Below are positions 1 through 12,019 of a DNA stretch of 49,575 nucleotides, one piece after another. Each line of letters starts with the position of its first letter. The first letter of the stretch is position 1. The notes below the pieces were generated by a model. It was not told where the DNA came from. It worked only from the letters and a program-made list of their open reading frames with translations, and made no database searches. The translations under genes and the position numbers were made by a program. The DNA is from Malacoraja senta (Eukaryota), in NCBI GenBank assembly GCA_038087875.1, contig CM075993.1, positions 12,340,001 to 12,389,575 of the forward strand, given 5' to 3'.

Positions 1-2460
1 GGGCCTTCAACCCTCTAGGCTCCTTCCTTCCTTCCAACCTGCGAGGTACTGGGCTTCAGCACGTGTCCGCTTCGCGCTGGTGTTCAATGCCGATGCTTAT
101 GTGTGTTCACCATCCCCCCTGACCTCCCCCTCTCTGATACCGAATGGTCTGTCCTCAGCAGAGGCCTTACCTTTGTCCCCCTCCGTCCCCACCTCAATGA
201 GTTCTGCGCCCGCCACGACTTGGAGCACTTCTACCGTTGCCTCCGCCTCACAGCGTTCTTCCATGGGAATGAGTCCTCGCCCCCCATTGTTGATCCCTTG
301 TCCCATCTCCAACGGACCCCCTCCTCTTGGACCCCCCCTCAGGGCCATCTTCTGGCTTTAGACCTTTTTATTCAAAACTGCCGGCGGTACATCACCCGCC
401 TCGACTTCTCCACTCCCCTGTCTCACTCTAACCTCTCCCCCCCAAACGTACAGCCATCCACTCACTCCGCAACAACCCAGACTGGGTTATCAAACTCGCC
501 GACAAGGGAGGTGCCGTGGTAGTCTGGCGCGCTGATCTCTACAAAGCTGAAGCCACGCGCCAACTCTCGGACACCTCCTCCTACTTACCCCTGGACCATG
601 ACCCCACTGACGAGCACCAGGCCACTATCTCTAGCACCATCACCGACTTCATCAACTCCGGCTCCCTGCCCCCGCAAGCCTCCAACCTCATCGTTCCCCA
701 GCCCGATTTTACCTTCTCCCCAAAATCCACAAACCTGACTGTCCTGGTAGACCCATTGTCTCTGCCTGTTCGTGCCCTACCGAACCTATTTCTACCTACC
801 GCGACTCCATACTATCCCCCCTGGTTAAATCCCTCCCAACCTATGTTCAAGACACCTCAGACACTCTCCGTCGTCTCCGGGCATTCCAATCTCTTGGCCC
901 CCATCCCCTCATCTTCACCATGGACGTCCAGTCACTCTACACCTCCATCCCCCACCAGGATGGCCTCAAGGCCCTCCGGTTCTTCCTCGACCGGAGAACC
1001 AACCAATCCCCGTCTACAGATACTCTCCTCCGCCTAGCGGAGTTGGTCCTTACCCTCAATAACTTTTTGTTTGACTCCTCCCATTTCCTCCAAACACAAG
1101 GCGTAGCTATGGGCACGAGCATGGGCCCCAGCTATGCCTGCCTCTTTGAAGGGTACGTAGAACAATCCTTGTTCAATGTGTACCAGGGCCCCATCCCCGT
1201 CCTCTACCTCCACTACATCGACGATTGCATTGGTGCTACCTCCTGCACCCACACACAACTCACTGACCATCAACTTCGTCACTAACTTCCATCCGGCACT
1301 CAAATACACCTGGACCATTTCCCACAATCCCTACCATTTCTTGACCTCACTATCTCCATTGACCGACATCCACTATATACCCACTGACTCCCATGGCTAT
1401 CTAGACTACACGTCTTCCCACCCTGCTTCCTGTAAGGACTCCATCCCCTACTCCCAATTCCTCCGTCTACGCCGCATCTGCTCCCAGGATGAGGTGTTCC
1501 ACACCAGGGCATCGGAAATGTCCTCATTCTTCAGGGAACGAGTGTTCCCCTCCCCTACTATAGATGAGGCTCTCACCAGGGTCTCTTCAATACCCCGCAA
1601 CACTGCTCTCTCTCCCCATCCCCCCCACTCGGAACTAGGGCAGAGTCCCCCTAGTCCTCACCTTCCACCCCACTAGCCGTCACATACAACAAATACTCCT
1701 CCGTCATTTTCGCCACCTCCAACGTGACCCCACCACTCGCCACATCTTCCCATCTGCCCCCCTGTCTGCTTTCCGCAAAGACCGCTCCCTCCATAACTCC
1801 CTGGTCAATTCTTCCCTTCCCACCCACACCACCCCCTCCCCAGGTACTTACCCTTCCAACTGCAGGAGATGCTACACTTGTTGCTTTACCTCCCCCCTCG
1901 ACTCCATTCAAGGACCCAAGCAGTCGTTCCAGGTGCGGCAGAGGTTCACCTGCACCTCCTCCAACCTCATCTATTGCATCCGCTGCTCTAGATGTCAGCT
2001 GATCTACATCGGTGAGACCAAGCGTAGGCTTGGCGATCGTTTCGCCGAACACCTCCGCTCGGTCCACATTAACCAACCTGATCTCCCTGTGGCTCAACAC
2101 TTCAACTTCCCCTCCCATTTCGAATCCAACCTTTCTGTCCTGGGCCTCCTCCGAGGCCAGAGTGAGCGCCACCGAAAATTGGAGGAGCAGCACCTCATAT
2201 TCCGCTTGCGCAGTCTGCACCTCAGCGGCTTGAACATTGACTTCTCATATTTCCGGTAGCCCTTGCTGTCTCCTCCCCTTCTCAGTTCTCCCTCAACCCT
2301 CAACCCTTTGGCTCCTCCTCTTTCTTTCTTCTTCCCGCACCCCCCCCCCCCTCCACCCGGCATCAGTCTGAAGAAGGGTTTCGGCCCGAAACGTTGCCTA
2401 TTTCCTTCGCTCCATAGATGCTGCCTCACCCGCTGAGTTTCTCCAGCACTTTTGTCTATG
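1..2460 (+). mobile_element. Penelope-like element (Neptune-type), frameshifted RT + GIY-YIG endonuclease, 5' end outside window
   Basis: Fragmented ORFs give 'SVLSRGLTFVP', RT motifs 'MDVQSLYTSIPH', 'QTQGVAMGTSMGPSYACLF', 'YIDD', 'SIPYSQFLRLRRICS'; Cys linker (NCRRCYTC, ~1858-1881); GIY-YIG 'NLIYCIRCSRCQLIYIGETKRRLGDRFAEH' (1933-2259); 3' tail with hammerhead-like motif. Confidence 0.93.
2364..2399 (+). ncRNA. Minimal hammerhead ribozyme-like motif in Penelope tail
   Basis: CTGAAGA (2368-2374), stem II GGG-TTTCGG-CCC, GAAAC (2388-2392), GTT; palindromic AACGTT stem III as in PLE minimal/dimeric hammerheads. Confidence 0.7.
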
Positions 2461-3077
2461 CCGATCTTTAAAGTGCCTTTCCAATCACAAAGTATCCCAT
2501 TACGTTGTTTCCACAGAAGGTTCTAGTTGGAAGACAGTTCACCAAAGTAAAAAAACATTTCCCCAGGTAGCATAAACAATTTGAACAAGGCTCCATACTT
2601 TGACCAAACACAAGATAACAGTGCAAAGACTCTGCAACATAATTAACAATACTTTACAACACCCCATTCTATAACCAATCCTGATCATGCATTTACAACC
2701 CAGCTCAGCTCTTTCTGCAAAACCCTCATACATATTAACAATAGAGGGGACATCTGGACATCATCCTGTGCTTGACTTCCTCCCAGGGTCCAGACACCCT
2801 GGAGCCATGAGAGTCATGGCTTTGCAGCTTTTCACAGAAAGATGACAAGCAAGCTTTGCAAATGCAGAGATCCTCCATTTTGTGACATATTGATTTGGCC
2901 AATATTATCAAGGATATTGAACCCAGCTGCAAGGGATGGATGTGAGTAGTCTCAGCACTATGTTTGAGAACAGCAGAGGAATTTTCCCTCAGTTGCTCAC
3001 GAATATTTATCTTTCAACAAATGTTAGTAAAAAACAGATTAATTGATTATGCCAGGGGAGACATCAGCACCTCTTTG

Positions 3078-3210
3078 TGTAGGAAGGAACTGCAGATGCT
3101 GGGTTACACCGAAGATAGACACAAAATGCTGGAGCAACTCAGTGGGTCAGGCAGCATCTCTGGAAAAAAGGAATAGGTGATGTTTCAGGTTGAGACCATT
3201 CATCAGTCAA
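3078..3210 (-). mobile_element. Non-autonomous Penelope-tail repeat with degenerate hammerhead-like motif
   Basis: Reverse complement reads CTGATGA-ATGGTCTCAACCT-GAAACATCACC...GATGCTGCCTGACCCACTGAGTTGCTCCAGCA, homologous to 2364-2458. Confidence 0.8.
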
Positions 3211-3244
3211 AGGGAGGATTAGAATATTTTTTGCCAGCGTAGAA

Positions 3245-3530
3245 ATGTAAAAGGCTAGAGAACAGCTTTAAGGTGAGGGGTAAAGTTTACAGGAGATGTG
3301 CGGGTTTTTACACAGTGGGATGGTGAATGCCAGGAATGAGCTGCCACGAGTGGTGGAGGTAGATACAACAGTGATGTTTGAGTGGCTTTTAGATAGACAC
3401 ACGAATACGTAGGAAATGGAGGGATATGGATCACGCAGGCAGATAAGATTGTTATCTTTGCCATATGTTTGGCACAGACATTATGGGGCAACTGACCGGT
3501 TCCTGTGTTGTATATGCCCTATTTCCTGTG
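3245..3530 (+). mobile_element. Degraded CR1 LINE 3' fragment
   Basis: Similar to CR1 3' ends elsewhere in the window (TTTAAGGTGAGGGG...GGAATGAGCTGCCA...GGGATATGGA). Confidence 0.7.
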
Positions 3531-3689
3531 TAATTGGTTATCGCAAGATTGATTTGGGAACCAACTTGAAAATTGATTGAAATATTTCATATTTACAACC
3601 CTTCAAAAGCTGTGGAATGTGCTTTCTGGGATTAGCTTCACTGCGGCCTGTTCTAGTGAATAATGGACTCGTTTGTCTATCTGCAACAG

Positions 3690-4266
3690 GTACTATGTTT
3701 ACAATGAGAAGGGACGCCTGGTTAACTCTCCCTACGTGGATAGCTCCTACAAATGGGCTGGAGGCGGCTTTCTCTCCACGGTACAAGACCTGCTGAAATT
3801 TGGTAATGTGATGTTGTACAGCTCCCAGGTGGAAGAGGAGGGACAGCAGACGCTGCTCCTGGGCTACCTCAGGCCAGCCACCATGAGGATGATCTGGAGC
3901 CCTGTGGAGAGAACAGAACTGAGCTGGGAAAGGGACGGCAGCTACGCCATGGGCTGGGGCGTGGTGGAGGAGGGGCAGCAGTGGGGCCAGTGCCGGCGAC
4001 TGCGGCACTACCTCACCCACACGGGAGGCTCAGTGGGTGCCAGCAGTGTCCTGCTGATCCTCCCCAAGGACCGTCCAGGCCCCTCTGCTAGCTCTCCAGA
4101 GGCAGGTGTCCCTCCGCAAGGGGTAGTGGTAGCCATCCTCTGCAACCTGCAGTCTGTTAACCTCAACGCCACTGCTCTGAAAATCGCATTAGTGTTTGAC
4201 AGGGTCAGGAGAGCTGAACCCATTCTTCCACCATCTGAAACTGACGGCCCAGTCCCAGCCGGCTGA
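3690..4266 (+). CDS. LACTB: Serine beta-lactamase-like protein LACTB (mitochondrial), last coding exon
   Basis: Translation 'YYVYNEKGRLVNSPYVDSSYKWAGGGFLSTVQDLLKFGN...YAMGWGVV...HTGGSVGASSVLLILP...CNLQSVNLNATALKIALVFD' matches the vertebrate LACTB C-terminus including the HTG motif; acceptor TCTATCTGCAACAG ends at 3689; stop TGA 4264-4266. Upstream exons not seen in window. Confidence 0.96.
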
Positions 4267-4934
4267 CCTCTACAAGTCTGTCAAGGACCCAAATGTGAAG
4301 ACTGGTGGCTGGTGCCCCATAATGTCTGTGCCAAACATAAGGCAAAGATTTTGGGCTGGTGAATAGGATGTGCCCAATGGTTGGGACAGAAGATTAGTTT
4401 TATATTTGCTACCTCCAATTTGCCTATATCTCCACATCATCAATAACATAACTGTGTTCAAACCATTGGCTTATCAAAATAATGCTGGGTTTGATGTATT
4501 TGATTGAGGAGTGACTGGGGATTAATGATGAAAACTGTACTGATGAGCTGGCAGCACTGCCAAAACATCACCCTTGTGCACATCTTGCAGAATCGAACAT
4601 TTATATATTTAATTAATCAATTCCAGTGAACGATACAGTAATGTTGGTAAATGATTTTGAGCTGTATTTTTACAGACAAGAGTGACAAACTGGGATCTCA
4701 ACCAGGAGAAAATCTGTCCTCAGTGGCCATGTGTCCAGAGATGGGGAATCCACTCCTGAGATCTTGTTTGTCTTTCTATGATAACCACAAAAGAATTGTC
4801 TTTAAAAATATAAAAGCATTTAATACTTTGACATCGCATAATGCAAACATAGTGTACATTATCTGACGCAGGATTTGCCTACCTGACAAGCTGGGCCTGC
4901 TTCACCATTTATGTAGAGCATGGCTAATCACCCA

Positions 4935-5104
4935 TTTTCACGCAAAGGGTGGCGGGTGTATGGAAGGAAGGCTGGAGGAAGTAGTTTAGGCAGGTACTAT
5001 CACAATGTTTAAGAAACATTTTGACAGGAACATGGATTGACAGGTTTAGAGGAATATTAGCCAAATACAGGCACGTGGGACTAGTGTAGACGGGACATGT
5101 TGGC
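4935..5104 (+). mobile_element. CR1 LINE 3' fragment
   Basis: TTTTCACGCAAAGGGTGG...GGGACTAGTGTAGACGGGACATGTTGG, similar to 35950-36150. Confidence 0.75.
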
Positions 5105-5335
5105 CAAGGTTGCCAGATTGGCTTTTTTTAGTGTCAAATTCCAGAAATCTGGCTTTTTAAAATTTGTTTGGCGTCAGAAAATCTATTTGGCTTTTGGGCT
5201 TTTCCCTGTCTTTTTTACATGCTAAAATTATCTGCACAAAAATTACATACCATCCTTTTTCTAAAACATTTTCCTTTTAAGAGCCTAGTGCTTAGGGAAA
5301 TAGGTGATGGTGCTTTAAAAAGAGCTGACATTGTC

Positions 5336-6002
5336 TGTGTGGAGGTCAAGCTGCTTTGCTGAGGTGATAATATGATAATACACCAGGTGCAAGAGGCCCA
5401 AGTGACCTAGCTGGTGCCTTAGAGTCTGGATTTCTAGTGAAACAAGTAACCTGCTTTTTGTGACACCCTGGTCGCATTGAGACTGGGTTTCTGCCAGAAA
5501 CATTAGGTGTTTCTATGTTTGTGGCTTCTCTGAAGACATCAAGTCTAAACAGCTGCTGAGCCTAAGCCTGTGATTGAATAGAGGATTTTGTGTTTATACT
5601 TAGTAAAGTAAAGTAAAGTATCCTTTATTGTCATTCAGACTTTTCAGTCTGAACGAAATTTCGTGCCTTAGTATATGGGTGTTAAAAGGGTTTTGTATAC
5701 ATTGTTTGTAAGTAACCAAAGTAAGTGCCTCTTAATGTAATTTCTTGTGACTCTTAATGTGATCCGTGACATAAGTGTCCCCGCCTCCGTTAAGGGGTAT
5801 AAAAGTGTATGTAATTAGTTTGGGTGTGTCGTGTCGGTTGATTTTGCCTTCTGTTCTGTTTGTACGAGGATATTGTTGACTTGCGTGAGTGGATCTGCAA
5901 CCATCCCTGCAGTTTGTACAAATAAAGGGTTTGGACTTCAGTGTTCTACGCAGTGTCTTTTACTGAACCAGACTAGAGGTAAGATAGATCCGGGCATTCA
6001 CA
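5336..6002 (+). mobile_element. Probable solo LTR, containing a short antisense LINE/SINE tail at ~5603-5670
   Basis: TGTG...CACA ends, TATA box GGGTATAAAAG (~5795), AATAAA at 5921 about 80 bp before the end; TSD not clean. Confidence 0.45.
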
Positions 6003-6851
6003 TGTGAGTGGGTCAGGCATGTGCCGCGAGTAATTACTCAGGGTAGGCAGTCAGTCTGCTTTTTAAAAACTAACTTAAACCGCGCATGCGCAGATTGTTC
6101 TCCCAGTAAAAATGAAAATAAAGACAGTAACAATTCAATTTGCCCAAGGCTTCCAAGTCTCCTTCATTTTGAATTACTGAATGGGTGGGGGGTGAAGGGT
6201 GACTGCAGGTAGGAGAGATGGTGGGAAAAATAGGAGCACACAAAGGACAAGTTGAATCAGTTGTCATCTTATTGAATGACAATACTAGTTCAAGTGACCA
6301 ATTGGGGAGAGAGCTCCTTTCACAGTGTGTGGAAAGTCTGGCCAGGGGTTGAAGTTGCGGGGAGAGCAGGAGTGTTGAGAAGGAGGGGGTCAGGGATAAT
6401 GCCAGTAACTCACCCACTCACCGGACGCGGAGCCACCGCATTGTAGCCGGGGATAGAAGCAGCTCGGGTGGCTGCGAGCGTCCGCCGCGACCTGACAGCT
6501 GAACTGGCCGCCACTTCAGCGCCTTCTGCCGGCCCGCTCACCTTTGGTAGTGCTCTCCGTATCAACACCTCTCGCCGACTTCGCTCATGTCAGCCGCTTC
6601 CTGCAAATCCTTAAATTTCCACAGCCGAGTAACCTCAATCGCGCTGTCGGAATTTAAGGATTAAACATCAGCCCCATGTTCCTGCCTTTTCCTGGAACAT
6701 TTGAAGCACTTAATAATGAAACTAGCAATCTCCGCTTTACAACTATCCCATGACATGGCCTCCCCAACCGTCCACAGATTTACCACTCTGTGACTAAAGA
6801 AATTCTTCCTCATCTCTATGTCCTTTCATTCCGAGGCTGTGTCCTCTGGTC

Positions 6852-8700
6852 CCAAGTCAAGTCAAGTTTATTTGTCACATACACATACGAGATGTGTAGT
6901 GAAATGAAAAGTGGCAATGCTCACGGACTTTGTGCAAAAGTACCACAAACAAACAAACTACAAACAGAATGGAAGAATAGAATCACATATTCTTTTACAT
7001 ATTAAATATTGTGGGCGGATGGAAAAAGGGGGAAAAAACTGGGAAAACAAAAAACAGCAATTTTTTAAAACAGTAGAGTGGTCGAGTAAAGTGAGTCCCT
7101 GGTGAGATAGGAGTTTACAGTCCTAATGGCCTCTGGGAAGAAACTCCTTCTCAACCTCTCTGTTCTCACAGCATGGCAGTGGAGGCGTTTGCCTGACCAT
7201 AGCAGCTGGAACAGTCCGTTGCAGGGGTGGAAGGGGTCTCCCATGATCTTATTGGCTCTGGAGTTGCACCTCCTGATGTATAGTTCCTGCAGAGGGGCGA
7301 GTGAAGTTCCCATAGTGCGTTCGGCTGAACGCACTACTCTCTGCAGAGCCTTCTTGTCCTGGGCAGAGGAATTCCCAAACCAGATTGTAATATTTCCGGA
7401 CAAGATGCTTTCCACAGCCGCTGAGTAAAAGCACTGGAGGATCTTCGGAGACACTCTGAATGTCCTCAATTGCCTGAGGTGGTAAAAGCGCTGCCTTGCC
7501 TTACTCACGAGTGCTGCAGCGTGTGATGTCCATGTCATATCCTCAGAGATGTGGACTCCCAGGTATTTAAAGCAGCTCACCCTATCCACAGTATCCTCAT
7601 TTATCCTCAATGGTGTGTATGTCCTCGGATGATGTGCCCTCCTAAAGTCCACGATCAGCCCCTTAGTTTTTTTGAGGTTCAAGAGGAGGCTGTTGGCCTG
7701 ACACCAGAGTGCCAGATCAGCCACCTCCTCCCGGTAGGCCTTCTCATCGTTGTCTGAGATCAGGCCCACCACCACAGTGTCATCAGCACACTTGATGATC
7801 GAGTTGGAGCTGAACCTGGCCACACAGTCATGTGTGTACAGGGAGTACAGTAGGGGGCTGAGGACGCAACCCTGGGGGGATCATGTGCTCAGGGTGAGGG
7901 ACTTTGATGTATTCCCTCCCATCTTGACTACCTGGGGCCTGGCAGTGAGAAAGTCCAGGGTCCAGGCACACAGGGGGGTGTCGAGCCCTAATTCCAGTAG
8001 CTTTTCGGCCAGTCTGGTGGGGACTATCATGTTGAAGGCTGAACTGAAGTCTATGAACAGCATCCTCACGTAGCCCCCCTTCTGGCTGTCAAGATGAGAG
8101 AGAGCGGTGTGTAAAACCTGGGAGACCGCATCGTCCACGGATCTGTTCAGACGGTATGCGAATTGTAACTGGTCCATGTTGCGAGGGAGGAAGGCGCAGA
8201 TGCTTCACCAGCCTCTCAAAGCATTTCATGACTACCGAGGTGAGGGCCACCGGACGGTGGTCATTCAGACAGGCTGGAGGGGCATTTTTAGGTACCGGTA
8301 CAATGATGGATCTTTTGAAGCAGGCAGGGACCATGGACTTGTCCAGGGAGAGGTTGAATATTGTAGTGAGCACCGGAGCTAGCTGCGTAGCACAGGACTT
8401 AAGTACTCGCCTCGAGATGCCATCGGGGCCTGCAGCTTTCCTCGTGTTCACCCGTGTCAGAGCCCTCCTCACATCGTGCTCGGACAACGAGAATGTGTGC
8501 ACATTCCTCCCTTCAGCTTCGATAGCCAGCCCGCTGATGGTATTGTCGATAGTCGGCAGACCTGGGGTGGTGTTGCCCGTCTCGAAACGAGCGTAAAAGG
8601 AGTTCAGGTCATCAGCAAGGGAGGTGCCGGCACTTGCGGATGAGGGGGGGGGGGGGGGGGGTGGTAACCGGTAGTTGGTTACAGTCCGTAGCCCCTGCAC
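6852..8700 (-). mobile_element. Rex1/Babar-type LINE, 5'-truncated, frameshifted RT
   Basis: ORFs 'RPVALTSVVMKCFERLV', '[14 protein letters not shown]...[13 protein letters not shown]', 'IIKCADDTVVVGLI...KTKGLIVDFRR', 'RTERLRRSFFPEAIR'; 3' tail AATAAA-(CTTGA)n at 6852-6872. Confidence 0.9.
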
Positions 8701-8724
8701 AGACACTCCAACTACTGTATACAT

Positions 8725-9635
8725 CTCCACGTCCAGGCCTTTTATTATTCGGTAGGTTTCAATGACATCTTATCTCATATGTCTAAACTCCAGCGAGTAC
8801 AGGCACACAACCGTCAAACGTTCATCACACATTAACCCAATCATTCCTGGGATCATTCTCTTAAACCTCATTTGGACCCTCTCCAACGCCAGCACATCCC
8901 TCCTTAGATATGTGACTGAAAACTGCGCACGGTATTCAAAATGTGGTCTGAACTCCGTATAAAGCCTCCGTATTACATTCTTGCCTTTATATTCTAGTAC
9001 TGTCTTAAATAATGCTAACATTGCATTTGTCTTCTTTGCTACCAGCGCAACTTGAAAGTTAAGAGCTATGGAATCCCACTCCAGCACTCCCACGTCCCTT
9101 TGCACCTCCAATTTCTGAATCCTCTCTCCATTTAGAAAGTGGTCTAAGCCTTTAATCATCTACTAAAGTACATAACCACACACTTAGCGACACTGTACTC
9201 CACCTGTCACCTCTTTTCCCACTCTGCCAACCTGTCCAACTCCTTCACAAATGTCATCCTCCTTTAACACTTGCTGCCCTGCGACCTATTATCTTCAGAT
9301 CATCCACAACTTGGCCTTAATGCCATCAATTCTATCATGAAGTTCATTAACATACCATAAAAAGCAGCGGACCAAACACCGAACCCTGCGGTAACCAACC
9401 AGAAAATGCCATCTTTATTCCCACAGTTTGCCTTCTGCCAGTCAGTTAATCTTCTACCTATACTAGCACTTTGCCCCTAATACCATGGGCTCAAATATTG
9501 TTAAGCAGCCTCACAGTGCGGCAGCATGTCAAAGATCTTTTCAAAATGCAAATAAACAACTTCCACTTATCCTCATTTATCTATCCTGCGTGTTTTTACT
9601 TCCTCCGAAATCTTCAGATTTCTCAGGCAAGACCT
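8725..9635 (-). mobile_element. Degraded CR1 LINE RT fragment
   Basis: ORF 8770-9159 'RPHFEYRAQFSVTYLRRDVLALERVQMRFKRMIPGM'. Confidence 0.85.
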
Positions 9636-9898
9636 CCCCGTGGATTTTGAAGAAACAGGAAGAAAGAGAAGCTGGAAAAAGCACTGATTGGCTCTAGCCC
9701 GAGTGGGAGGAGAGTTAGAAGTGAGTCAGAGGGGGAAAACAGTTGAAAAGGAGAGGCAAAGCACAGGCAGACTTAACTCAGAGCTCCTGTGGATTTTGAA
9801 GAAACAGGAACAAAGAGAAGCAGGAAAAAGCACTGCTTGGCTCTAGCCCGAGTGGGACGAGAGTTAGAAGTGAGTCAGGGGGGAAAACAGTTGAAAAC
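9636..9898 (+). repeat. Two-copy ~150 bp-period direct repeat in CR1 5'UTR
   Basis: GTGGATTTTGAAGAAACAGGA...GGAAAACAGTTGAAAA at ~9639-9749 and ~9789-9897. Confidence 0.9.
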
Positions 9899-10087
9899 TG
9901 AGGAATTTGGTTTGTAAATTGGTAAATTAGGCAATTTATCAGTCAATATAAGCAAGAAGGCTCTTAGGGAGTGGCAGTGACGGAACGGCCTTGTGAGGGA
10001 AGTGCCCTGTGAGTAAAGTGTGAGTCTTTGGCTCGAGAGTCTTCGGCGAGGAGGCCGAGGAGATGAGGCCATGCAAAACGCTGGAGA

Positions 10088-11025
10088 GGGAGAGACGAAA
10101 GAAGGAGATGTCAAGCAAGCTGATTCAGTGTGATGCTTGCAGTATGTGGGAGGTCAAGGACACTGCTGGTGCCTCTGGCTGCTACAAATGTGAGAAGTGC
10201 ATCCAGGTACAGCTCCTGAAGGACCGTGTTGAGGAACTGGAGAAGCAAGTGGATGACCTCAGGTTCGTCCGAGAAACGGAGTCATTCCTCAACAAGTAAG
10301 ATTGTTACACCTAAGGTACTGGAAGAGAGAAGGTGGGTGATGGTGAGAAAGGGAGGGAAACATGGAATGCAAATGTCCCCGGCTGCTGTACCTCTTGTGA
10401 ACAGGTTCACCCACTTAGAAGCTGTCGGGACAGAAGACGTTAACACACTGAGTGACGGAATGGCTTGCGAAGCAAAGAGGGCTGTTGAGCCAAAACCAAA
10501 GAGGCCAACGTCAGGCATCGCCATTGTAGTTGGAGACTCCATTGTGAGAGGTACGGACAGGGGTTTCTGCGGCAACAGATGGGATTCGAGGATGGTGTGC
10601 TGCCTTCCTGGTGCCAGGATCCAGGATGTCACGGACAGAGTGCAGAAAATCCTCAAGGGCGAAGGTGAACAGCCGGAGGTGGTAGTGCATGTCGGCACAA
10701 ACAATGTCGGAAAGATGGGGGTGAATATTCTGCAGCGTGACTTTAGAGAGCTCGGAAAAATGCTGAAAGCAGGACCTCCAGGGTGGTTATCTCCGGTTTG
10801 CTTACAGTTCCTCATGCTTGCGAGAGCAGGAACAGGGAGATACGGGACCTGAATGTGTGGCTGAGGAACTGGTGCAGGGGGCAGGGATTTAGATTCTTAG
10901 ATCACTAGGATCTGATTTGGAGTAAGGGGGAACTGTACAAAAGGGACGGATTGCATCTTAACAGGTGGGGGACCAGCATTCTGGCAGGCAGGTTTGCCAC
11001 TGCTACACGGGTGGTTTTAAACTGA
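10088..11025 (+). pseudogene. CR1 ORF1: Zn finger/leucine zipper + SGNH/GDSL esterase, frameshifted
   Basis: 'CDACSMW..CEKCIQVQLLKDRVEELEKQVDDL', 'VVGDSIVRG', 'CLPGA', 'VHVGTN', and GACGGATTGCATCTT (DGLHL) near 10945. Confidence 0.88.
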
Positions 11026-11246
11026 ATAAGGGGGGTGGGGTGTCAAATGGGATAGTCGAGTATGGAGTTAAAGGGAAAGAGAGTAAAGGGATAGTTAATG
11101 ACCCCCAGAATTAACGGGAAAGGAAGCTCACAAAGGGATAGGAGAGTATGGCCAAGTGTAATAGGCATCGATCTGAAAGGTGAGATGCGGAAGGAATTAA
11201 AAGTATTGTATATGAATGCGCGAAGTATAAGAAGTAAAGTAGATGA

Positions 11247-11708
11247 TTCCTGACTGATCCCTGGGATGGCAGGACTTTCATATGAAGAAAGACTGGATAG
11301 ACTCGGCTTGTACTCGCTAGAATTTAGAAGATTGAGGAGGGGATCTTATAGAAACTTACAAAATTCTTCAGGGGTTGGACAGGCTAGATGCAGGAATATT
11401 GTTCCCGATGTTGGGGAAGTCCAGGACAAGGGGTCACAGTTTAAGGATAAGGGGGAAGTCTTTTAGGACCGAGATGTGAAATTCTTTTTTCACACAGAGA
11501 GTGGTGAATCTGTGGAATTCTCTGCCACAGAAGGTAGTTGAGGCCAGTTCATTGGCTATATTTAAGAGGGAGTTAGATGTGGCCCTTGTGGCTAAAAGGA
11601 TCAGGGGGTATGGAGAGAAGGCAGATACAGGATACTGAGTTGGATAATCAGCCATGATCATATTGAATGGCCTAATGGCCTACTCCTGCACCTATTTTCT
11701 ATGTTTCT
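11247..11708 (+). mobile_element. CR1 3' fragment (TTTCTATG-tail family) inserted in the CR1 endonuclease domain
   Basis: 'LSYEERLDRLGLYSLEFRRL', tail TTTCTATGTTTCTAT; ATGA repeated at both junctions; host frame SKVD|ELEAQ resumes. Confidence 0.9.
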
Positions 11709-12019
11709 ATGAGCTTGAGGCTCAGTTAGAGGTTGGTAGATATGACATTGTGGGGATTACTGAGACGTGGCTGCAGGAGGATCGGGCCTGGGAACTTAAT
11801 ATTCAGGGTTATACATCCTATAGAAAGGACAGGCAGGTGGGCAGAGGAGGGGGGGGGTAGCTCTGCTGGTGAGGAATGGAATTCAGTCCCTTGCGAGGGA
11901 AGACATAGGGACTGACGAGGTAGAGTCACTGTGGATTGAGTTGAGGAATTGTAAAGGCAAGAAGACACTAATTGGTGTATCTACAAACCCCCAAATAGTA
12001 GCCCGGATGTAGGGTGTAA

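Noticed and set aside
3673..4266. Bacterial beta-lactamase or horizontal transfer
   Set aside because: It is a spliced terminal exon matching vertebrate LACTB; the ORF-track start lies in the intron.
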